Source of the DNA: Octopus sinensis
Lineage: Eukaryota
DNA length: 64,000 nucleotides
Reading direction: 5' to 3'
Assembly (NCBI RefSeq): GCF_006345805.1
Contig: NC_042997.1
Coordinates: 149,668,001-149,732,000, forward strand
Part shown: one piece after another, positions 1-13,164 of the stretch
How positions within the stretch are numbered: the stretch's first letter is position 1
Layout of the letters: each line of letters starts with the position of its first letter
Made by a program: the position numbers and the translations under genes
Notes under the pieces: model-generated
The model's input: only the letters and a program-made list of their open reading frames with translations
Told to the model about the DNA's origin: nothing
Database searches by the model: none

Positions 1-420
1 GAATGAATTTGAAGGAATGTAATAAATCATTAGCTTGGGAAAGATGAAATTTCTGCCACAAACCTAACAAGTTATTCGTCAAGAAAATATTTCTATCAAA
101 CCACTTCTTTAAGGCATGTGTGCAGAGCACATTTTTCTGTGGTCGGAAACCCCTAATGGCTATGGAAAAGAATCTTTGAATCATCTTGATACGGCAAACG
201 CCAGAATTCAAGATATATCTTGGCATGAGCACAAATCCAAATAGGAGATTTATTGGCACATCCAGTGTACCTCAAATTCTGCTACCAGCACTCATACGCA
301 AGGCGGGCTTTCCTTCCTACTGCGTTAAGACCGCATAGTAGAATATTATGCTCTGGAGATTTCCGTGATCATCTAGCTCCTCTTTCACTGGTTCGTTTAA
401 AACCATTTTTTTTTCTAATA
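1..420 (+). mobile_element. Decayed RTE-type LINE ORF2 C-terminal remnant
   Basis: Frameshifted translation gives FFKACVQSTFFCG (cf. FKACVESxLLYGSETW), then IQDISWHEHKSK*EIY and PQILLPALIRKAGF, the usual post-RT region of RTE elements; many stops. Confidence 0.55.
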
Positions 421-919
421 TAGGTGTTTCTGAACCATCAATTCTCAAAAGAGCAGAGTCGGTGGTTACTGGCATTTTATATTTAACACCGTTCTAATAA
501 CATATGGCAAGTTCACCAGAGTTACATTTTATAAAATTTAAACGCTGATTACTTTATTTATGATGTCATTTATCACTGAACTTTATTATCTGCCTCGTTG
601 TAGCGATAAATATAATCAGACATAGTCAAGCAATGATCTTGGAAACAGTTACGCAAACCATCATTATGAACAACAAGAAAACCTCCAGCAACTTCAGTAT
701 ATATAGTTATTAGTTGTCTATCATTCTTCTACCTAGGCTCAATAAAATCCACAATAATGTGATGAGTACTTGAATGGCTGATCAAACACAAATCACTTTG
801 TCAGCCAGCCTAGGAATGATAATTAAATGGATTAAATTTAATTAATTAAATTGATGCTGTCCATCTGAGAAACGTAAACTTCATCAACTTAACAGCAGAC
901 TAAAATATCAAAAGCAGAT

Positions 920-1040
920 GTTATTGTGGTTGTTGTTGTTGTTGCGGCTGCTGCTGCTCATAATGATGAAAAGGATGATGATGATGATGATGATGATGAC
1001 GACGACGATAATGACGATAATGGTGATGATGATGATGATA

Positions 1041-1097
<57 letters not shown>

Positions 1098-1430
1098 ATG
1101 ATGATGATGATGTTCATGGTCATAGATGTGGTTGTGGCAGTGGAGGTCTTGCTGCTCTGAAAGAATATGATTTAGAATGTAGTAGTGGGGAGGGAAATGA
1201 TTTCGAAGATGGTGATAATAATGAGAATGTTGAAGAGGAGGTGGCGGAGTGAAGCGACGGTGACGATGATTAGGATGATGATATTGTCCAGTAATACGAT
1301 CACCTTGCAGATGATAACGAAGGAGACCATGCTGATGTTAATGACGCCGTCACCGATAGACCCAAAGATTAATTTGTCTGACAATAACGGCGATGATGAT
1401 GGTAATGAGAACGACGATTTTTATTATTGC
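920..1430. repeat. Compound trinucleotide microsatellite (GTT/GCT/GAT) with degenerate GAT-rich tail
   Basis: Directly visible; explains the poly-D/M/I ORFs. Confidence 0.95.
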
Positions 1431-1649
1431 AATTAGTAAAATCGACTGGATATTTTGGGAAAAAATGTCTTTCATTATTTCTTCCGATACTTCGCGTTCA
1501 AATCTCATCAAAGTCAACTTTAAAATATCTGCTTCTGTGGTCCGAAAACATAGAATACTCATAAACTACTGAGGTTGATTTAATCGACCAATTCCTTCCT
1601 CCCACTTTTCTATAAGAAGTTGTAGTTGTTATTGTTGGTGGTGGTTTTC

Positions 1650-2248
1650 TTCTTGCAATTATTATTTCTCTTTATCACATATTTACTTAGAGATCCTGGA
1701 GTTATACATGCGTTGTGGGCTTGCTACCGGCAGTCTACGGCACCATGCTATCCGTTCTTTTCAGCTATCTAATACTTTTCTGATTACTCTGACTATTCCA
1801 AGGAGGCAAAAATTTTGTAACAGTTCTCCTGCTCTCTCTATTCTAATTTTCTTTATGTTCCCCTTGATGCTCTTCTGATACGGTTCCTAAGTACCCAACA
1901 ATAAATGGCACTATCTTCACCTTCTTCATTTTCCATATCCGGGCTATTTCGGACATAAGTATGTTGTATTTATCTATCATTTTGCCTTCCTTCTTGACTA
2001 ATCATGGGTCAAAGGGAGATGCAACATCAACTATATAGCATATCTGGTGCATCTTGTCTACCACCGCCAGGTTCGATCTGTTATGCTCTAGCACCTGATT
2101 TGTTTGGATTGGGAAATCCCAGAGGATTTCCAGTGGTGGAGTCTCCAACTCCACCACTCTCTGGAGTTTGTTCTCATACCACATCTTGCCTCTCTCTAGC
2201 CCCTACTTTTCGCACAGTTTCTCATGGAACACTTTCGCTACCTGATCT
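1650..2248 (-). mobile_element. R4/Dong-clade LINE 3' fragment (restriction-like endonuclease region)
   Basis: Minus-strand translation DQVAKVFHEKLCEK*GLERGKMWYENK...ILWDFPIQTNQVLEHNRSNLAVVDK...IVDVASPFDP...KVKIVPFIVGYLGTV; ends at the SINE at 2249. Confidence 0.85.
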
Positions 2249-2461
2249 GTTTCTTTATTACCCACAACGGGCTAAACACAGAGGGGACAAACAAGGACAG
2301 ACAAACGGATTAAGTCGATTACATCGACCCCAGTGCATAACTGGTACTTCATTTATCGACACCGAAAGGATGAAAGGCAAAGTCGACCTCGGCGGAATTT
2401 GAACCCAGAACATAACGGCAGACGAAATACGGCTACGCATTTCGCCCGGCGTGCTAACGGT
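2249..2461 (-). mobile_element. tRNA-derived SINE family M, tail B, head truncated
   Basis: Reverse complement of the 10183-10412 copy: B-box GGGTTCAAATTCC, core GTCGACTTTGCCTTTCATCCTTTCGG, tail ...GCCCGTTGTGGGTAATAAAGAAA. Confidence 0.9.
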
Positions 2462-2725
2462 TCAGTGGTTTTATCCACTCTATTGCAGATGTATAACAGC
2501 GGAGACACTTTCTCATTTCTATGGTTGACCCTGCAGTTCGTGACCAAAGCTTGGTCTTGCCCTGTTTTTAGTGTTCCTTTCATCAGCCAGTCCCAATTAC
2601 TTTATTTCAGCAACTTCGGTTGTGACTGCACGGAATTAATTGAGTAGTCCCTTCTTATGTAATTCTTCTTTATGTCCTTTTTGCACTTCTTCCTTTGTTT
2701 TTCAAGTTTGTTTTTTATGCTTTCA

Positions 2726-2734
2726 TTACACCCT

Positions 2735-2778
<44 letters not shown>

Positions 2779-2779
2779 G

Positions 2780-2817
<38 letters not shown>

Positions 2818-2880
2818 AATACTACTACTACTACTACTATTGCTATTATTATTGATATTTTTATTATCATTATTGTTATT
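2726..2880. repeat. (ACT)n/(GCT)n/(ATT)n microsatellite
   Basis: Directly visible. Confidence 0.95.
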
Positions 2881-3814
2881 ACGTGAGCGATGATAAATAT
2901 GAAGGTGATGTCTACGATAATGACAGTGAAGTGTACGTTATTTAATAATGAATTTCAAAAGGATGGTGTGCGGGTGCGAATTGTTACGATATCAATGAAA
3001 GAAGGTAGTTCATTGTTATTGAATCGCCTGGGGCAGTCAGAGTAGATAGTGTGGTGCAGAATACAGCAGAAGAAATGATGGACATGTATATTGTGGTGTG
3101 TGTAGACAACACTTGTCGAAGTGACAATCTAATGACTGAAGTATTCATTCATTAATATTTTTTTCAGATATTTCACAAAACGTTTTATTGTTCCATTCTG
3201 CACTTTTGCTACAAAATGATTGACGTAAGAAATAGATCGTATAATATAATTTTTATGTTATGTTCCTAAAATTATTGTATAGATACATATGCACGAATCT
3301 GTAACTAAGAGCACATAACAAAATACATACATATATACATACATACTACATACACGCGTGTATATATATATATATGCGTGTATTCCTTTATTCATTTCAT
3401 TTTATAGTTTGATTTGCTTTCGTTGGTGGACCGCGGTTATGCATTCAGCAACCCCTCCGATATTTAAGTTCAAAAAATCCAGTCTTGTACTTATGCAACA
3501 ATCCTCTTATTCGAAGAACTTAGGTACTGTGTTATAAACAAAGCAGCACCCGGTGTTATTTGACGGCACAGGAAACATACACGCTTATATGAATGTGTCT
3601 ATGCATGTCTCTCACACACTGTCACTCTCTCTCCTCTCTCTCCCTCTATCTCTCCCTTGCATTTCTCTCTCTCTCTCGATATATATATATATATATATAT
3701 ATATGAAAGTTATTGGTATCTAGAAGACCCGAAGTGTGTCAGGTAACGCTAAGTAAGTGCTATGGACAGGGACAGATCGTAGTCTAATGTGGGTGTTGTA
3801 TTAGCATGAATATA

Positions 3815-4625
3815 TATATTACAAAGAATAAGATAACAAAGTCAACGCTGTGAGGATTTTTCAAGGCGTTTATATGGGAATAGTCTTACAGCTCTTTCTG
3901 GGATATTATGGATATCCCTTCACCAGAGAGGGTGTGTGAAGGTTAAATTGAGGAAATACTTGAGTTCGAATTATTACGGAAAAGGCGGAGATAGAGAATC
4001 ACAGTAGAAATAACATATATAAAGGTATTTAATGTAGAGAAGTGGTAAAAATAGTTTCCTGTACATGGTATGTAAGTTCCAATGACAGTTCATGTTTATT
4101 AATTTGAAAGTATGGAGCTGTGGAATCTATGTTGCTCGTTCGGAAGTGTTTTGTGGTGTGAATAAATATTTGAGAATGTACTGGTAGTATTTGTCTATCT
4201 AATGTATCGGTAGCATTTGTCTATCTATCCACGAATACTACCGATGCATTCTCAAATTTTCATGCACACAACAAAACCCTTCCGAACGAGTAACACATAT
4301 TCTACGGTTCCATACTTTCAAATGAATAAACATGAACTGCCATTGGAACTTACATACCATGTACAGGAAACCTTTTTACCACTTCTATACAACATTTTCC
4401 TCGAATAATGGAACTGCAACTACAATATCTTTATATATCTTATTTCTACTGCTATTCTTCTATTTTTCCCAACTCCTCCTTTTCCATACTAATTCGATCT
4501 CAAATATTTCCTCAATTTAACCTTTGCACACCGTCCATAATATCCCAGAAACAGCTGTAATACTATTACCTTACAAACGTCCTGAAATCCCCTCACAGCC
4601 TTGGCTTTTTATCTCATTCTCTCTA
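3815..4625. mobile_element. Two inverted 3' ends of a Penelope-like element forming a foldback (arms ~3815-4195 minus, ~4232-4625 plus)
   Basis: Arms are clear reverse complements (e.g. gtttcctgtacatggtatgtaagttccaatg vs cattggaacttacataccatgtacaggaaac). Arm translation VPYFQMNKHE...ETFLPLLYN resembles a GIY-YIG C-terminus; hammerhead-like motif near each outer end. Confidence 0.7.
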
Positions 4626-4690
4626 AGAGAGATATATATACACACGCATACTTACGTACATGCAAACATACATAGACGCACACACACACC

Positions 4691-4721
<31 letters not shown>

Positions 4722-4896
4722 TTAGAGACAAAACCACTATTATGCAAATCAAACAAAGAAAGACTTAATCCAATACATAAAAAAATTTATATAAATTAAA
4801 TAAAATTAAGTTATCCACTACAATTGTTTCTTGTCACTTCTAAGGACATTCATCAGGTGGTTTTCAAACCTTCTATTCAATTTTAAATTTTAAATA

Positions 4897-4945
<49 letters not shown>

Positions 4946-5149
4946 CATGGTGCAGTGAGTAAATTATCAACAATTTTTATTTTTAATTTCTTACATGTGC
5001 ATTGTTTGTTGTTGATTTTGTCAACTAAACAGTATAGTTGGGTCAGCTGGTCACTCTCTGTGAGAAGAAGAGCACCATGATGCAATTCACTCAGCCAGAA
5101 ATTTTGAGTCGACATGTTGTACTGCTGGGCATTCTCGCTGGAAGCTCCA

Positions 5150-5880
5150 ATACGAGCATTTGAGAGTGTTTAGGTGTCAATAAAAGGACGATGCAATCTG
5201 AAGACATATACCGAGAGCGACAAAAATCAAACATCCAGTCAGCATCATGCTGTTTGAAGTGATCACTATGCGTTATCCTGGCCTCTTCAAACGCTTTCTC
5301 TCACTTTCACACTTCACCATCCAGCTCGATCCAAAGCAAATATTTCTATTTCTTTATGACCTCCTTAAATATCTTTTAGCTTTACACCGATAGCGTTTCC
5401 CCTCCGCAAGCTCACCATAACCCAGCTCTTTGGGTGTGTGTTCATTCGCTAATAAAATATATGGTCACACCATCTCGTTTGCTTTTTTAAAATTATTGTT
5501 TAATTGAATTGATACCTGCAAACACAAGGACATCTGCGTTTGGAGTAAAATAACTCCATCTAATGTTTAAATTGCGATGAAGGCATTTTTGGCGGAATTG
5601 TTCTAACAATTTGAAATGTCTTTCATAACATGTCCATGTTTTAGAAGAATACAATAGGCATGGTAAGACAAATGATTTGTAAAGAGCCAATTTTGTGTTG
5701 TTATTTATATGTCGTTGGTGCCGAACGCGTGACTCTAAACCACCAAATGCTTGTGCTGCTCTTTGAATTGGCAAATGTATTTCTCTGTCCAGATCTTCAT
5801 CCTTTTGTACGGAGCTTCCAAGTTCGATGAGAGAATCAACAACCTCAAGTAACTTGCCCTTAACAAACATTTTAGGGGAC
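5150..5880 (-). mobile_element. RTE-BovB-like LINE 3' fragment
   Basis: ORF 5493-5870 ...TKLALYKSFVLPCLLYSSKTWTCYERHFKLLEQFRQKCLHRNLNIRW, followed by LYGELAEGKR downstream. Confidence 0.85.
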
Positions 5881-6599
5881 TTGTAAACAGCACCATATGT
5901 AGATTGATATATTACAACTGTTTTTTTTTCATGATGATGGTCAAGTCAAAATCATCAGAATCTGAGTGAAATGCAGATACAAGAGATTGCAGACCTGTTT
6001 CAGAATAACTGGCTGGATCGCATTCGTCAGCGTATCATAATTTACAAATGAGTTAAGTAAAAACCTTCGTTTTCAATTTCAGTCTGTTCTACGTTTTCTC
6101 ACTGAGTTTCGTTACGGAGGATTGCCACTTGCCGAGATGTTATCCCCACGTACTCTCGTTTCATCCTCGAGAAAGTTTGAGCTGAACGGTCTTGCTATTA
6201 AATCAGTGGTTCATAGGTTTCTTTGAGTATGACAAATCACTTGAGTATTTGGATTGGTGTATGAGGAGTGTTATGAAAAACATGCATCACTCAATTAAAA
6301 GTAATAATTCAAAGCAGCTTTGAATAGTTGTATTGAAAGCAGTCTCAGGTATGATTAGATCTAAAGGGTCGGGTGGGAGGTGTATGGATTATATTAAGCT
6401 TAATTTATTTTTAAAGTTCTTAGTACTTTCTTCCATATGTTGCATAATATTGTTTTATCTTTCTCGTATCCTTGATTGTAAAAGTCGCTTTGCTATCATA
6501 CATTACGATTATATTTCCTTCCGTTGCTCCTTTTTAACCATCAGTGAAATTATCTAAACCTTGTATCACTTAGAGCTCGCGAGGCGAGCTAAAAAAGAG

Positions 6600-7430
6600 A
6601 ATATTATTGTTGTTTTTGTTTTATAATACAGCAATGGCACTTGAGAAGTAACAAAGTGTGAACTGTCTACAATCAACATACTAAGATCAGAGCGATTGTT
6701 TAAACTTCTAGTAGCCAGCAGAAGACTCGTACAATTCTAAGCAATACCTACTTCTGTAGATGCTCTAACTCCGCATGTACCCTTAGCCTTTTTCAATCCA
6801 GTTTGTGAGCTGGGTTTTCATAGTAATCAAGACTCCAACAACAAAATGTATTACACTAACTTACCTGAATGGCAACTGTCTTTTTATTTCCCACTCTATT
6901 TCATCATATCTGACGTACTTCAGTTTCGCTTCCCGATATTGTATCGTCTCCAAGGCTCTTTCCACTTTATTCACAACCACTATGTTCGGCTCTACACGCA
7001 GAATTTACTGATTACGTTGGAACATTACATCCAACAGTATATTTACCGTCTCATTCTCAATTACTTCTATGGTTTGCTCGTACTACGTCCTTGCCCTATC
7101 CATACTTGCCAGGCATCTCTCAATGAATCACTGTAGTGACATTATCGTGCGTTGCTTTGTACTACTTTCAGGCATGCGTCGAACCTTCATACGCAATATA
7201 CCATATGATCACACACTTACCACCGCAATACCTGTACATGTCACTTTCAGCCGTATTGTCAATCGTGCGTTTAGTGTAATATGTCCTAAATGCTTGTTCC
7301 TGTACAACACTAATTTCGCTGGCTTCAAGCCACCCTTCATAAGCTAGTGACGCATTCTATTGGCTTTTGTATTACTGCTGTCTCTCTTGAAAAGTCGCCA
7401 TACATCGTTTCCTTTTTACATTCTATTAAA
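6600..7430 (-). mobile_element. Older R4/Dong-clade LINE 3' fragment (zinc-finger remnant + RLE region)
   Basis: Minus-strand frames give SVVQEQAFRTYYTKRTIDNTAESDMYRYCGGK, YKATHDNVTTVIH, IEVIENETVNILLD, NIVVVNKVER; heavily decayed. Confidence 0.75.
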
Positions 7431-7785
7431 TTTCATTTTAACTTTTTATATTTATTTGTACTTCTGTGTTCACGTAAGTATGTCTCTTGGTTGTATCTGA
7501 TATTGAGGTATTGTTACATACATCACAGATTAGTAGATGTCATTGGATAAAAAACACGGAGACGCAGTAGTTTGCCTAGATGACATAGAAAAGAATGATA
7601 GGAGTAATTTTGGGCTCTCAGTCACTGTCAACTGTCTATTTCTCATTATCATAGCTCACTTAAGAAATTACTATAGGCCAGAGTTACAAAAGAAAGATAT
7701 TGGCCCAAGTTGACGCTTAGCATTGAATTTGGAACCACATCAAAATTTTGAACCCATAATCAAAGACACGCGTATATACCCAAAT

Positions 7786-8104
7786 ACATGTATGTATGTA
7801 TGTATGTATGTATGTATGTATGTATGTATGTACTAATGTATGTATAATTTACGACTTTCTTTCCCTTACTAATTTCAACTATTGCTTTGGCTACTGCCAC
7901 TTCCAGTCTTGCCAAACCTACAGCCATTGCTGACGATGATGGATGATGATGATGAGGATGATGATGATGATGATGATGATAATGATGATGATTCATGATG
8001 ATGATGATGATAATGATGATGCTAAAAGGGAAAATGGTGTAGAAAACTATCATCATCACTATTATGATCATCGATTATTATTATCATTATTATCATTATT
8101 AATA

Positions 8105-8150
<46 letters not shown>

Positions 8151-8300
8151 GTTATTATTATTATTATTGTTGTTGTTGTTGTTGTTGTTGCTGCTGTTGT
8201 TGTTGTAATTGTTTTTATTGTTGTTCTTGTTATTATTATTATCATGAACATCATCATCGGTTTTTTTTCTACTATTATTAATATTATTATTGCTATCATT
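7786..8300. repeat. (TATG)n followed by compound (GAT)/(ATT)/(GTT) microsatellites
   Basis: Directly visible. Confidence 0.95.
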
Positions 8301-8559
8301 ATGAATATTATTACAATACTGTTGATTTATACAACGAATATTTGAAATATGAAAATATTAAAGTATTATGACTTTCAAATTTAGTTCTTTCGATTAGCAA
8401 AAAATATCATTATCACAATGAGACTGTCAGACGTTCACGCAATCAATCAATCAATAAATTAATAAGTCTGTCTGCATTCTACTAGAGTCTCTCTCAATGT
8501 AGGAATCAATCAAATTTGAATGGCTTCCCCTCCTATACTCTTTCTTTCTCTCTCTATTC

Positions 8560-8824
8560 CCCCTCACTCTTTACCTTTATATGCACACAAACGTATATAT
8601 ACATACACATATATGGATGCAAATGTCTATATGTATGTGTGTGTAAGTTCGTGTATGTAAATGTCTATATGTATGTGCATATATATATGCATACACATAC
8701 ACACGTATATAGACATATGTATATACATACATTTTTATGTGTGTTTGAGAGAATATATTTATGAGTGTGCGTGAGAGAGAGAGAGAGAGTGCGCGCATGT
8801 GTATTTATACGAAAGGGAGCACAT

Positions 8825-8866
<42 letters not shown>

Positions 8867-8960
8867 TATGTATATACACATCTATGTTTATATGTGTATA
8901 TACTTATTTTCATACACACATGAAAGTACACACTTTTATATAAATGAAGACACGCACCGT

Positions 8961-9035
<75 letters not shown>
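8560..9035. repeat. TA/TG/CA-rich low-complexity tract
   Basis: Directly visible. Confidence 0.9.
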
Positions 9036-9549
9036 ATGAATACAAAATATTGACGTGTTTATGGCCTCTTCGTTCTTTACTGCGTTATATGTACATGCCT
9101 TATGTCATATGATATTCTACTCTGTTGCTTGCGGTCCATCCCCAAATGAGTCGAGTTATTTTATCTCAAACCCTTTGGTATACTTAAAATAATATGGTCA
9201 AATAATTAATTAGCTATATTAATAATAGTTAAATTCTGTCTGTCCGTCTGGGATCATGAATCTTACTCAACATTTGCTCTACATAGACAGATAACTTTTT
9301 GGAATCAGGATGATCCCGAGAATGAAAACCTTGCCTTCATTTGGTTTTTGAGCATTGAGGTCTGATTTAAAAGCAATTGGGTTGCAATTTATTGCAGGTA
9401 AATCGACTGTAAGAGGTTTCGAGGCCATAGTACATGGGTTACCTCCCTTAGCTTAAACTTTTACTAAGGAATGTAGGTTGTTTTTTTTTTAAATTCTTTT
9501 AGTCTCCTCGCATACACACACACACACCCAGAGTTATATACGAATATTT

Positions 9550-9650
9550 CTTTTAGTTTCAATCCATCAAATCAACCTGCAATGCCTCGGCCTGAGGCTA
9601 CATTAGAAGGCACTTGCCCAAGGTGTGACGAACTGGGACTAATCCCGGAG
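9550..9650 (-). mobile_element. Fragment of SINE family C (CORE-like cttgggcaagtg block)
   Basis: Reverse complement contains caccttgggcaagtgccttcta, matching 38759-39170. Confidence 0.6.
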
Positions 9651-9880
9651 TAATTAAATAAATCAAATCAATTTTTTACTACATAACTGCAAATTACCCT
9701 TAAAATCTGTACCACGTATTCAAGTAAACTTCCCTCCGGTTTTATATACAACTAGAGAGATCTTGACGACTGCAATCGCTTCAAAATATTAAAACTTCAT
9801 TTTCATCTCACTCATACACTTTCACTGTCAGTCGTCTGTGTGTGTGTGTGTGTGTGTGTGTGTAAGCATGTCCAATAACG

Positions 9881-10069
9881 TACGAAGTGTTGCTGGAAAG
9901 TTCCTTGCTTTAAGTTTATTACGATAGCCCAAAATTCAGTTCTTCTACAGGGCTTAGGAAAACTCAAGGAATCTGAAAGGGGAATATGTTCACTAAAATC
10001 GTAATTCACTAATCCTTCTGCATTTTCTTTCACTCAAAGCCAAGAACATTTCAATCTCCGCCCCTCGTA
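9881..10069. mobile_element. Small Tc1/mariner-type MITE
   Basis: Imperfect TIRs tacgaagtgttgctggaaagttccttgcttt and (reverse complement) tacgaggggcggagattgaaatgttcttggcttt; TA at both ends. Confidence 0.5.
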
Positions 10070-10182
10070 TTTAACAGTATTTTACTCCTATTTAGTGGCT
10101 GAAATGTGTCTGGGAGGAAATTCTCTTCATACCCAAAATGAGTGAGAGCACATTGAACAATGAATGGTATCATCCGATCAGA

Positions 10183-10412
10183 GGCGGCGAGCTGGCAGAA
10201 ACGTTAGCACGCCGGGCGAAATGCGTAGCCGTATTTCGTCTGCCGTTACGTTCTGAGTTCAAATTCCGCCGAGGTCGACTTTGCCTTTCATCCTTTCGGG
10301 GTCGATAAATTGAGTACCAGTTTCGCACTGGGTCGATGTAATCGACTTAATCCGTTTGTCTGTCATTGTTTGTCCTCTCTGTGTTTAGCCCCTTGTTGGT
10401 AGTAAAGAAATA
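10183..10412 (+). mobile_element. Full-length SINE family M monomer, tail B, with TSD
   Basis: A-box-like TGGCAGAAACGTT, B-box GAGTTCAAATTCC; direct repeat ggtatcatccgatcagagg at 10166-10184 and 10413-10431. The core resembles the Meta/MESC SINE domain (from recall, unverified). Confidence 0.92.
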
Positions 10413-10799
10413 GGTATCATCCGATCAGAGGACGAAAGCGATTGTATATGTGTGTGTGTGTGAGAGAGAGAAAGAGAGACAGAGAGAGAGAGACAGACAG
10501 AGAGAGAAAGAGAAAGCGTTTTCATACATACATTAGAAGAGAAACAGGCATTTAACATATAACTTCAATAAAGGTTTTGAAACAACGTCACATGACTGTT
10601 ATCCTTCATAAAATACTAATTCAGTGACAAAATGCTCGTTTTAATTAACAACACTTTCATAAATACGGCTAACAAACACTGGAATTATGTGGCGGTAATA
10701 ATCACATTCATGATAGCTTATCATCTATATCTAATCATATGAAGCATCACATAAATTAGCAATGGGTGACCCATAAGTGTTTGCTTATTAGCTGATTAA

Positions 10800-10938
10800 C
10801 GGATTAGCCACACACACAGTGACAATACGCAGACACGCACAGACGCATACACAGGTATAAGGTCCAAATTGATATAGATATATATGTACATTTATGTATA
10901 AGGTTATATACACTTAACTCTATATGTGTATAAATACA

Positions 10939-11015
<77 letters not shown>

Positions 11016-11240
11016 GTATGGATATATATATGCATATATATGTGTATATATATATATATATAAATATATATATATTGCACACACATGCATATAAATATAT
11101 GTATATATATATACACATATGCATATATACGTATGTGTGTATGTATGTATGTATGTATGTTTATATATATGTGTGTGTGTGAATTTATACATATATCCAG
11201 ACACTCATACACGAATAAATATATATATACACCCTCAGAT
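10800..11240. repeat. (TA)n-rich microsatellite block
   Basis: Directly visible; source of the poly-YI ORFs. Confidence 0.95.
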
Positions 11241-13164
11241 ATACCCTTATATGGGTGAGCAGGAAGATATGTGGATAGAACAGAATGAATGTTTTTGATT
11301 AGTCTGGTCAGCCAAATAGAAATGTCGTGCATGGTGGAGACAGTACTGAAAATTGTGTTAGAGATTGGTGTGGATAAAAAACGTTCATTAATTAGAAACC
11401 TAAATCGTAAGATACGTAAGTGTTTTACGAAATTTAATATCTGATGAAATGTAAGATGAGAACATAAAAAAAATGTTATCAGCTAATCTATGTATACCTC
11501 TGCGTTTGTATGTGGAATATACGTTAGTGTATCTGTATGGCTGCCTATGTTTCATTCTTTTTCTTTTCATTCGTATGTGTGAGAAAGAAGACTAAAATTA
11601 GCTATAATAGGCACTATGACATATTGTCTATTGAGAAAGTGACGTACTGTAAGAGAAACAAAGAAATAAGTGGTTTTGTAAGGCATATAGAAAATCAAGA
11701 AGGTAAAAGCGAGATAATGAGAATGCATGTGTGTGAGAATGAATGAGTGCGAGTGTAGTTATATTTGTGTGTATGTGTGCGTGTGTAGGTGTGTGCAAAT
11801 GATTGACAATATAAAGATGTAGAATGTAGTGGAATGTCAGAGGAAGCTAAGCTGACTAGTTAGTAATCATTTATCAAGGGAGTCTGTCTGAGAAAGAATG
11901 TGTGATAAAGATAAAAGCGGAATTAAATTAAATCCTTCAAAATATAAAAAAAAAGATTATATATTGTAAATAATAACGTAACAATAAGTAACTTAGCGAA
12001 CATAGGTTGAATACTATTTAGAAAAAGAGCAGAAATTTACCATTAAGACTTCTTTCGAAATATTATATAATATGTTGTTTGACATACAGCATCTAATGCA
12101 AAATACATTTTACTGTGAAGATTGTTGAATTCACAACATATTTACGTTGAGATAATAATTAATGGGGGGTTGCCATTTTACAATGCATTCAAAGCAATGA
12201 AGGTTATTCTAAGAATAATACGTATGGATTTTATCGGACAACATAATAAACACAGTGTGGAAACATTTTGACGGAAATAATTAGCAGTACTAATTAGTCC
12301 TGCTAATCCTGATCGAGTAGGAGGAAATAGATGAGACCTATTCGTACAAGAACTTTATCGAATATTTACATGACAACACACAAGTAATACAAGGCCAGAT
12401 CGAGCTCTAAGATGTTTACACAACAATGTATATCACCTTTATGAGATATAGGAATAATTCTAAACGAAGCCCCAACTACTATTGAACTGGAGATAGTAAA
12501 TAGAAGAAAATAACCTCAATTTAAAAATTATTTAATAACCATCATTAATATAATTCAATACAAGTAAATACCTCGAAACCAATAACATAACAAGCACAAC
12601 TATTAAAACTAACAAAGAACCTTACGAAAAAATAATGTCGACCGTGACCTGTTTTAGACTACGCCATAACAATGACCTGGGTGCAGATGAGGTCAATAGA
12701 AAATACATATAAATAACAACACTCGCACCTCCCACAGTACACAAACAAAAATTTACTGCAATCAGTTACAATGACCAAATACACAGACCCTGATGAAGCC
12801 GAACCGACAATAAGGCGATGTTGCATATGCAAAAGTGGGTAGTCGCTGCAGCGGAAACATGTGTTACTCAATATAATATGCTGTATATAACTATAAAATA
12901 AAGTTTATGCATGTACAAGACACCATACACTTTCTTCTTACTAATATTAATATATACTCTAGACAATTTCTGCCGTCCATCGAAGAGTACACGGAATTAT
13001 CCAACGGTAGAATTCACGGAATGACTGACAACTAAATGCAGACATAAAAGTCAGGTACTTATCGTTGTAGTTAGCCGTTGCCTGGAAATTAACTGAGAGA
13101 TAATACGGTATCCGCCCGGATAATATATCCCTTCAAACTAATATGTGTGTGTGTGTGTGTATTA

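Noticed and set aside
908-1436. Poly-Asp/Met/Ile ORFs resembling an acidic protein
   Set aside because: They are trinucleotide microsatellite read-through, open in several frames on both strands, with no splice context.
9215-9480. Segment starting tctgtctgtccgtctggg, reminiscent of a Helitron-derived repeat
   Set aside because: Single copy here with no diagnostic termini; it cannot be supported from this window.
10804-11332. Long YI/HT/CV-repeat ORFs (also at 8.5-9.0, 13.4-13.8, 29.5, 38.6, 44.4, 59.9-60.2 kb)
   Set aside because: Dinucleotide repeats lacking stop codons.
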